Program-made: the position numbers and the translations under genes
DNA from: Novosphingobium sp.
GTDB lineage: Bacteria > Pseudomonadota > Alphaproteobacteria > Sphingomonadales > Sphingomonadaceae
Direction: 5' to 3'
DNA length: 64,000 nt
NCBI RefSeq assembly: GCF_965214355.1
Contig: NZ_CBDCBI010000001.1
Coordinates: forward strand, 9,587-73,586
In this document: in pieces, positions 43,557 to 51,336 of the stretch
Layout of the letters: every line of letters starts with the position of its first letter
Numbering within the stretch: the stretch's first letter is position 1
The notes under the pieces: model-generated
What the model was told of the DNA's origin: nothing
Databases searched by the model: none
What the model saw: the letters and a program-made list of their open reading frames with translations, nothing else

Positions 43557-46523
43557 TTACAGTTTCATGTGCACGCCGAAGGTGAAGCTCCGGCCGAATT
43601 TGACGACATCGAGCACTTGCTCCTTGAACCGCCCGTGCGTGCTGTACGTCGAATTGTTGAGGTTGAGCGCCTCGAAGTAGACGTTGAGGTGCTTGTTGAC
43701 GTCATAGCTGGTGCTGAAGTCAACCTGGGTATTGGCATTCACGAACGTCGGCTCCGACCCAAAGGCCGAATTGTTCTGCTGCTGGCCAAAGTGATCGAGG
43801 TAATCGGCGCGCCAATTGACCGCGACACGAGCCTGGAAGCCATATTTGTCGAAGAATGCCACGGCGTTGACCGAGTTGGCAAGGCCGGTCACCGCAAAGT
43901 TGCTGACGTCGGTATTGGCCTTGTCATACGGTTTGTTCGTACCAACAAGGGTTCCGTTGACCTGGGCCCCAAAGCCCGACTTGCCAAAGACGTGCTGGAT
44001 GGCGCCTTCAAGACCATAGACCGCAGCCGATGGACCATTGATGTTGGTCGTGACACTGAATTGGCCGGGCTGCCCGGTCGTTGGATCGATTACATTGTTA
44101 ATGGTTTGACGAGTCGTACCACCAATAATGAAGTTGCTGACCTGTTTGCCATAGGCGGCAAGCGAGATGTACGAGTTGGCCGCATAGTACCATTCCGCAC
44201 CCAGATCCAGGTTGTCCGAGAGATAAGGCTGCAAGTTCGGATTGCCGCCGGTTGCGTTCAAACTGTTCAGGCGTTGGGTCGCGCCGATATTGAGAACCGG
44301 GGTCAGCAGGTTGAGCGGCGGACGGGTCAATGTGCGTGACGCATCGAACCGAATCTTGAGGTGATCGGTTGCCGACAAGACCAGATCGAGGTTTGGCAGT
44401 AGATACCGATACACGTTCTTGCTGGTGACGGGGGTGATGTCACCAGTTTTGACCTGGAATGCAGTGTGATCGCTTGACTGAATAGTCAGCAACACTGGCA
44501 GGGTAGCCAGGCCAGAGGATCGCGTTGTAGTCTGCTCGAAACGCAACCCCATGTTGATCTTCAGTGGCATGTCACCGACACGCGTTTCATCGTTGATATT
44601 GAGGAAGGCCGAGGCAGTGCTTTCCTCGATCGTCTGGAAGCTGCCTGTATTGGGAGCCGTGCGATAGATGCCATCGAATGCCGGTATACAACACGCGGTG
44701 TTTGCACCCGGAATCACTTTGGTCTGCGGATTGCCGAGCCCTTGCAGATAGTTCAGCACCGAATACGGATTGAACGCCAGAATATTGGCAGGCAGATTGC
44801 CCCCGTTCTTGAAGCCGTTGATGAAATTCGCCGTACTGAACGAATTGGTGAACAGGTTCTGCGGTAGGGCGACACCGCCGGGATTGTTCGATGCCGGACC
44901 GTACCCGGCATACGCCTGCCAGTCATTGTTGGCGAATGTGTCATATTCGCTGAGGTTTTTCTTGTCATTGACGTACTGAACACCAAATTTGATTTTCAGC
45001 GTGTCTTCGGACCAGGCGCCTTCAAGTTTGCCTTGAGTAACGACGTCCTTGTTCTGCTGGCTAGTAATCGGCAGAACATGCGAGCCAATGAGGCCGTTGT
45101 TGATGAACATCGCCGCGTTACCGTTTGGCCCGATACCCGTGGGATACGGCAAACTGCCAGGCGCAACGCCGGCAATGCCGACATTGGTGCCATTGATGCC
45201 GTTCGGGCTCGACGGCCCATAGCCGACATCGACGTCGAGGCTGCTCAATTCACCCTTGGGATTCAGTTGCGATTCAGCGCGATCAAGGTCGAGAACGACA
45301 TTGAACTTGGGGCTGACCGTCCATTTGGTGTTGAAGCCGACTTCGTTGTTGACGATGACCGACGAATTGATCTGTGACTGGAAATCGGTCGGCGTGTTGG
45401 CCTGAGAGAAGTTCGTCAACGTGCCGTTGGCATTGCGCTCGACCCCGGTCAGGGAGCTGGCGTTGAACCACACCGAGTAGCCATATTGCTGCTGGCTAAG
45501 GTGATCGCGCGAATAGTCGTCGTTCAGCGTCATTTCGATCGAGTCGCTGGGACGCCATTGCAGGACCAGGCGGCCGTCGATGCGCTTGTCCTCGGTATGC
45601 TCCTGATACACGCCATAATCCTGGATCACCCAGGACGCCGGATTGGAGGGAGGATTGGTCTTCGCACCCGCATCGGTGAACCCGGCTGCCATCGCGGCTG
45701 CTGGATCTGCAAACTGGCCGGGCGCCATATACCTGTTGCCCTCCCAGCCCTGGATGTTGACGTGATTCTGGCGCGTTTTCTTGTCGGAATAAGCAAAGTC
45801 GGCCAGAATACCGATCGTGTTGTTGGCAAATGTATCGCTGATCAACGCGCCACCGTTTGGCGTAACGCTCTTGGCATCGGGCGAATACTTGCCGGAAAAC
45901 GATGCCGATGCGCGCAGGCCCGGATGATCGAACGGCTTGGGGTATTTGATATTGATCGTCGCGCCGATCGCACCGCTGGACAGCGTCGCGTCTGGCGTCT
46001 TGAGAATGTCGACTTCGCTGACGAAATCGGACCCGACCGCGCTGAAGTCAAAGCCGCGGTTGCTGGTGCCGGTCGAAGCCTGGCGCCCGTCGTACAGCGT
46101 TTCGTTGAAAGTCGGTCCGAAGCCGCGAACCGTGATTTCGGTCGCATCGCCGGTCGAGGTCGGCAGGCCGCCGAGGCTGCTTGCACCGCGACTGACCGAA
46201 ATGCCCGGAATACGCTGAACCGCAGCGGCGAGGTTCGAGTCGGGAAACTTGCCGATATCTTCGGCCGAAATCGCGTCGATGACGCCAACGGCGTTCTTCT
46301 TGATATCCAGGCTGCGCTGCAACGAGCCACGAAGCCCGGTAACAATGATTTCCGACGGTGCCGGCGCGTTGGTTGATGTGATGTCTGGTGCTGCCTGTTG
46401 CGCAGCGGCCTGTTGGGCAAATGCGCCTGGCGTTACTGCGCCGATAGCTACGGTTGAGACCCCACCCAACAAAACAAGGCGCGCAAGACGAAGCACGGCT
46501 GTCATGTCCCCATTTTTATTCAC
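43557..46523 (-). CDS. TonB-dependent outer-membrane receptor
   Basis: Signal peptide; TonB-box-like EIIVTG, DAISAEDIGKFPDSN, plug motifs and C-terminal GRSFTFGVHMKL. Confidence 0.95.
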   Translation of the reverse strand: MNKNGDMTAVLRLARLVLLGGVSTVAIGAVTPGAFAQQAAAQQAAPDITSTNAPAPSEIIVTGLRGSLQRSLDIKKNAVGVIDAISAEDIGKFPDSNLAAAVQRIPGISVSRGASSLGGLPTSTGDATEITVRGFGPTFNETLYDGRQASTGTSNRGFDFSAVGSDFVSEVDILKTPDATLSSGAIGATINIKYPKPFDHPGLRASASFSGKYSPDAKSVTPNGGALISDTFANNTIGILADFAYSDKKTRQNHVNIQGWEGNRYMAPGQFADPAAAMAAGFTDAGAKTNPPSNPASWVIQDYGVYQEHTEDKRIDGRLVLQWRPSDSIEMTLNDDYSRDHLSQQQYGYSVWFNASSLTGVERNANGTLTNFSQANTPTDFQSQINSSVIVNNEVGFNTKWTVSPKFNVVLDLDRAESQLNPKGELSSLDVDVGYGPSSPNGINGTNVGIAGVAPGSLPYPTGIGPNGNAAMFINNGLIGSHVLPITSQQNKDVVTQGKLEGAWSEDTLKIKFGVQYVNDKKNLSEYDTFANNDWQAYAGYGPASNNPGGVALPQNLFTNSFSTANFINGFKNGGNLPANILAFNPYSVLNYLQGLGNPQTKVIPGANTACCIPAFDGIYRTAPNTGSFQTIEESTASAFLNINDETRVGDMPLKINMGLRFEQTTTRSSGLATLPVLLTIQSSDHTAFQVKTGDITPVTSKNVYRYLLPNLDLVLSATDHLKIRFDASRTLTRPPLNLLTPVLNIGATQRLNSLNATGGNPNLQPYLSDNLDLGAEWYYAANSYISLAAYGKQVSNFIIGGTTRQTINNVIDPTTGQPGQFSVTTNINGPSAAVYGLEGAIQHVFGKSGFGAQVNGTLVGTNKPYDKANTDVSNFAVTGLANSVNAVAFFDKYGFQARVAVNWRADYLDHFGQQQNNSAFGSEPTFVNANTQVDFSTSYDVNKHLNVYFEALNLNNSTYSTHGRFKEQVLDVVKFGRSFTFGVHMKL

Positions 46524-46614
46524 TTTGCTCTCCCACTTTTAATTTTTTTCAGAATTACGTCAGAGGTGCGGCGCAATCGATGGCTGACAAAGCCCGCTTT
46601 ATCAGTGTTTCCAT

Positions 46615-46628
46615 TGATAGCGCTACCA
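46615..46628. promoter_or_regulatory. XylR operator 5 (TonB-dependent receptor promoter)
   Basis: TGATAGCGCTACCA. Confidence 0.82.
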
Positions 46629-46761
46629 ACTGCGATAGATATGCGTGAATTTGCGACGATTGCAACCGAAAAATGGGGCTATGATACACTTCGCCGACAA
46701 TCCCGTCAGGAATGGCACAAGCATCGCCGCCGGCCCGCGTCTGACCACGCCGATGCGTATC

Positions 46762-46806
46762 CGATTGCACCAGCAGCGATTGCACCAGCAGCGATTGCCC
46801 CGGCTG
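46762..46806 (+). repeat. 15-bp tandem repeat x3
   Basis: CGATTGCACCAGCAG, CGATTGCACCAGCAG, CGATTGCCCCGGCTG. Confidence 0.85.
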
Positions 46807-46808
46807 CG

Positions 46809-47983
46809 TTACAGGCGAACCACGACGCCGTCTGCATCGGCGCTGCGGTAGATCGCCTCGATCAGGGTAATATCGCGCAGGCCATGGACCCTGGCGTGCG
46901 GTGCGGCACATTGTCGCGCGCAGCCTGGGAAAATGCGTCGATCTGGGCGGAAAATTGCGGCAATGACGCGGTGGTGTCGATGACCACGTCGGGCTGATCC
47001 ACCCGCCGCCTGTGTGCGACATTGCGATCATAGACATTGGCCGGATCCATCGCCAGGCTGCCGCGTGTGCCGGTAACGAGCTGGCGATTGATGTGCGACA
47101 TCGCATACGACGAACAGCCTTGCGCATGAACGCCGCCGGCAAAGCGCATGCGCCACAGGACGCCGCCTTCGACTTGCGCAAAGCGCGGATCGCCGGCCGG
47201 GGTCGTATAGATCGCGCTAACATCGGTCGGTGCGGCGTCATCAAGCATCATGAGCGTACCGTTCAGGCCATAAATGCCATAATCGAACATCGATCCGCCG
47301 CCGCCCAGCGCTTTGGTCAGGCGCCACGCGTGCGGCGGAAATGCAGGATTTGCGTCGAAACAATTGTCTGCAGACAGATACCGCACCGCACCGATCTCGC
47401 CCGATCGGATCATCTGCGCAACCTGGCGATTGAACGGATCGAAATGCACGCGGTAGGCCACGCCCAACTGGCGCCTGGCGGTGTGCGCCGCTGCGATCAT
47501 GGCGCGACATTCGGCACTTGTCGATGCCATCGGCTTTTCGCACAGCACATGTTTTCCCGCTTGCAGGGCACGAATGGCAAAGGCTGCGTGCAGCCCGACC
47601 GGCAAGGCAATATAGACGCAATCGATTTGCGGATCGTGGGCGATCTGATCGAATGTTTCGTATGTATAGCACCGCGCCACGCCAAAGCGTGCGGCCAGAT
47701 CGGCCGCTTTTGCCGGGCTGCCCGAAACCAGCGCGGTGATTCGTGCACGCCGCGATTCCAGAAAGGCCGGCATCATGTGACCCACGGCGAAATTGCCCAG
47801 GCCGACAACCGCCCAGCGCATGCGGTCGCCCATCGGGTCGGGTATGTCATCGACGCCCGACAGGATCTGGCTTTGCGCACGCGGTGGTATTGCGGGCGTG
47901 GCAGCGACCGCTTCCCTGGCGGCAAGGCCGGCCGTCACCGCCGCAGCCAACACACCGCGCCGCGACAATCGGGCAGATGTCAT
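46809..47983 (-). pseudogene. Tat-exported Gfo/Idh/MocA (glucose-fructose/aldose oxidoreductase-like) gene with a 1-nt frameshift near its 3' end; may be a sequencing error
   Basis: SRRGVL Tat motif, WAVVGLG, HVLCEKPMA and GGGSMFDYGIYG. The ORF stops at 46862 (TPGSMACAILP*), but adding one G at 46882-46883 gives TPGSMGLRDITLIEAIYRSADADGVVVRL* ending at 46809. Confidence 0.75.
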
Positions 47984-48054
47984 GGGTATTGTCCTCTCTC
48001 ACAGGGGAGTTTTTTGATTTCATCGCATACATTGCGGCGCCATGCACAATAAAA

Positions 48055-48068
48055 AGGTAGCGCAATCA
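48055..48068. promoter_or_regulatory. XylR operator 6 (divergent oxidoreductase/esterase)
   Basis: AGGTAGCGCAATCA (reverse complement TGATTGCGCTACCT). Confidence 0.7.
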
Positions 48069-48154
48069 TTGGCGGCTTGACGTCATCGGCAGTACGCCGA
48101 CATATTCGGACGGCGCCCGCGCGCTTTGCGTCATGGGCTCTGTCAGGAACTTCG

Positions 48155-49150
48155 ATGGCACGTTTGACCAAGATTCTCGCGGCAGCCGGGATGGCGCTGG
48201 CCGCGTGCGGCGGGCTGGGACTCGGGCAGGGGCTCGCGCTGGGCGCAACGCCCGCCCATGCCGACGCTGCGTCGCCGCCTGCATTGCCCTCGCGAGCGCC
48301 ATGGCCGCTGGCCATGCCCGTGCCGGCCAGGATCGTGCTCTGGCCTGCTGGCGCGCCCAACACGCCGGCCAAACGCCGCAGCGAAGCGGTGCAGGCGCAG
48401 GATTACTGGCTGAAAAATATCCACGAACCATCGCTGACCGTCTATCCTGCCGACCCCCGTCATAATTCGGGCGCCGCGATCATCGTGATCCCCGGCGGCG
48501 GGCATCGCCTGCTGGTATGGACGACGGAAGGCATCGATGTCGCCCCCCGGCTCAACCAGATGGGCGTCAACGTGTTCGTGCTGCAATACCGGCTCGCGCG
48601 CGAACCTGGGTCACCCTATTCGATCGAGGGCGATGCCGCTGCCGATGCGCGCCGGGCCATCCGGACGGTGCGCGCCAATGCGGCGCGGCTTGGCATCGAT
48701 CCCCACCGCTTGGGCGTCATGGGCTTTTCGGCCGGTGGCGAACTGGTGGCGCTGGTGGCCGACAATCCGGAACCCGCGCGCACATGGCCGCTGGACGCCA
48801 TCGACCGCCTCGATGCGCGTCCGGATTTCCAGGTCGCGATCTTTCCCGGGCCGCTCGGCATTCCGGGTACCGCTGCGCGCGAGGCGCCGCCCGCGTTCAT
48901 CGCGGCAGGGTCGCTGGACCAATGCTGTGCCAAACCGGCGTTGCAACTGTACGAGCAATTGCAGGGGTTGGGCGTGCCGGCCGAACTGCACCTTTATGCG
49001 CAGGCCGATCACGCGTTCAATCTGGGCGAACGGTCAAGCCTGCTGTCGATCATTCACTGGCCCGACCGGTTGGCCGACTGGCTGGCCGATGGGGGGTGGC
49101 TGGATGGCAAGGGCGGTCCGCTGCAGACCGAGGTGCGCCCGCGTCCCTGA
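48155..49150 (+). CDS. Secreted alpha/beta hydrolase (probable carbohydrate esterase)
   Basis: Signal peptide; IVIPGGGH, LQYRL, GFSAGG and ADHAF; AGGAA RBS before ATG 48155. Confidence 0.85.
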   Translation: MARLTKILAAAGMALAACGGLGLGQGLALGATPAHADAASPPALPSRAPWPLAMPVPARIVLWPAGAPNTPAKRRSEAVQAQDYWLKNIHEPSLTVYPADPRHNSGAAIIVIPGGGHRLLVWTTEGIDVAPRLNQMGVNVFVLQYRLAREPGSPYSIEGDAAADARRAIRTVRANAARLGIDPHRLGVMGFSAGGELVALVADNPEPARTWPLDAIDRLDARPDFQVAIFPGPLGIPGTAAREAPPAFIAAGSLDQCCAKPALQLYEQLQGLGVPAELHLYAQADHAFNLGERSSLLSIIHWPDRLADWLADGGWLDGKGGPLQTEVRPRP

Positions 49151-49169
49151 CGGGGTCGCGGTGGTGCGC

Positions 49170-51068
49170 TTATCTGTCCAGCGCCGCCTCGCCCCAGGCG
49201 ACAGGATCGGGATAGCGCGGATCGGCCGCGCCGCGTGCAACCAGTTCGATGATCGCCACGCCGGTCACGTCGGCATCGATGGCCACCGGCACCGCGCCAT
49301 AGGGCACAGGCTCGGTCTGCGTTAGCAGACGCCCGTCGCCATAGACCGCAAAGCGCACCGGCATGCGGCGATCGCGGGCGGAATCGTCGATCCCGACCTG
49401 GGCCGAAAACCGGCGATACCCAGCGTTTTTGACCTCGATCCGCGAATTGGCGAGAACACCGATGCCGTTGGCCAACGATACGCCGTGCAGTTTCAGAGCC
49501 TGGCCATAGGGCGTTGCATCCGCTCTTGCGCCACCCCAGCCGCCATAGGCGGGATGTTCGCCATCGCCGCGCGTACTGCGCCAGGGCAGAACTCCGCGAT
49601 GGACCAGGGGATCCGCTTCGGGTTCGACAATGCCGTCGACCGCGGGGTTGACCCGCCCGGTCTGTTCGGAAAGATACAGGCCCTGCGCCCGCGCGGCCAC
49701 GCCCCGCACCCGGAACACGCGCGTTTCGTGCCCGGCCAGATGCAGCGGCTGCTCTTCGCGAAAACGACTGATCGTCCCGCTCCACAAATCGGTCAGCGCG
49801 ATGTCGGTATCCGGGCGCAATTTCATGTGCCGCGCGGTCAGCACCGCATCGGCCGGCGCGGCGGTGCGATTGACAATCGCGACGGCCTTGTCGCCATCGG
49901 CCAGGGTCTTGACCAGGATCTGCACGGTATCGCTGTCAAAGGCCAGCACCGCCTGGTTCCCCGCCGGATCCTGATCGAGCGCGATGATCGCGCGATTGCC
50001 GAGAATGTCGAGCAGGGCCGGGGTCAGCTTGCGCAGATCATACCCGATCATCAGCGGCGCGCTCAGCATCGCCCACAAGGTCAGGTGCGTGCGAGCCTCC
50101 ACCGGGTGATCGGCAGCGAAGGCGCCGGTGCCGATATACAGCATGTCCGGATCATTCCACGACCCGGGGTGCGCATACAGTTCGCGGCGCACCGCGGAAT
50201 CGAAATTGTGCAGCATCCGCTCCCAGTCGGGCGAGATATCCTGGCTGGTGCGCGACATCTGGCCCACGAACCGCGCCCAGCTGCGCACATCTGCGCCGCC
50301 CCACAGGCATAGCGAAAACACGTAGTCGTGTGCCGGGCGCGTCCGTGCCATCGCCACCGCCACCGCTTCGTACAGCTTGCGGACGCCGGCAATATCGGTG
50401 TCGGGCAGGGTGTCGTAATCGATCAGCGGCCCCAGCGCGCGATAGTCGCCCGATGCCACGTGGGGATTGGCCGGCGTCATGGCGCGGATGCCGCAACCAT
50501 CCACTTTCAGCAGATCAAATCCCCACGCGCCCATGAACAAAGCGATATCCTGGTCGACATGGCCGTACAGTCCCACTTCGCGCTCGTCGATGCGCCCTTG
50601 CGGCTGGTTGGCAAAGTTCGACGTGTACGCCTGGCCGCAGGTGTTGCGGCCGATGTCGGAATAAATGCCGGCCTTCAGCCCCATGGCATGCAACCGGTCG
50701 GTCAGCGGCCGAAAGCTGGTCGCGCCATCGGGCGTTGCTGCCGACGGAAAATTGGCGGCGCGGATGATCAGGCGGCCATCGGGCATGCGCCGTTTCAGCC
50801 ACCAGCCATCGTCGATATCGACATAGCGATAGCCTTTGGCAGCCAGGCCGGTCGTGACCAGCGCCGTCGCCGATGCCAGCAATTTGGTCTCGTCGATATC
50901 GCTGTTGAACGCGTTCCAGCTGTTCCAGCCCATCGGGGGCACCGGGGCGCTGCCGCGCGCATCGATGCTCCATTGCCCGGTTGGCGCCAGCGGATCGGTC
51001 TGGCCGATCGCGGCGCCGGCGGTCGTGGCCAGCATCGCGGCACCCATCAAAGTTCCGAGGCGGTTCAT
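49170..51068 (-). CDS. GH27 alpha-galactosidase-family enzyme with C-terminal NPCBM domain
   Basis: PPMGWNSWN, YVDIDDGW, LLKVDGC, WNDPDML and C-terminal NGIGVLANS...FSAQVGIDD. Confidence 0.9.
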   Translation of the reverse strand: MNRLGTLMGAAMLATTAGAAIGQTDPLAPTGQWSIDARGSAPVPPMGWNSWNAFNSDIDETKLLASATALVTTGLAAKGYRYVDIDDGWWLKRRMPDGRLIIRAANFPSAATPDGATSFRPLTDRLHAMGLKAGIYSDIGRNTCGQAYTSNFANQPQGRIDEREVGLYGHVDQDIALFMGAWGFDLLKVDGCGIRAMTPANPHVASGDYRALGPLIDYDTLPDTDIAGVRKLYEAVAVAMARTRPAHDYVFSLCLWGGADVRSWARFVGQMSRTSQDISPDWERMLHNFDSAVRRELYAHPGSWNDPDMLYIGTGAFAADHPVEARTHLTLWAMLSAPLMIGYDLRKLTPALLDILGNRAIIALDQDPAGNQAVLAFDSDTVQILVKTLADGDKAVAIVNRTAAPADAVLTARHMKLRPDTDIALTDLWSGTISRFREEQPLHLAGHETRVFRVRGVAARAQGLYLSEQTGRVNPAVDGIVEPEADPLVHRGVLPWRSTRGDGEHPAYGGWGGARADATPYGQALKLHGVSLANGIGVLANSRIEVKNAGYRRFSAQVGIDDSARDRRMPVRFAVYGDGRLLTQTEPVPYGAVPVAIDADVTGVAIIELVARGAADPRYPDPVAWGEAALDR

Positions 51069-51157
51069 CCCTGTGCTCCCAGCCGGCGCGCCATGTGACA
51101 AGATGCTGCGCGCGATCACGCCCGGCATATTGCCCGGCGGTGCGCGGACAATTCGTT

Positions 51158-51171
51158 TGATAGCGCTACCT
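51158..51171. promoter_or_regulatory. XylR operator 7 (divergent GH27/GH3)
   Basis: TGATAGCGCTACCT. Confidence 0.8.
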
Positions 51172-51336
51172 ATTTGAATTAGCTATGCACCAAGTTGGTC
51201 GAAACCAGCGTCGCCCGGACACCACGGGCCGGGAAGAGTGAGGGGCATCGCGATGCCGGCACACCGCACGGTCGGGATATGTCCTGTGAGATGGCAAGCA
51301 GCGCGCCTGACGCTGATCGTTGAAGGAAGATTTCGG

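Noticed and set aside
46566-46997. 143-aa ORF containing IAPAA repeats
   Set aside because: It overlaps operator 5 and the oxidoreductase 3' end in antisense; the repeat is explained by the DNA tandem repeat.
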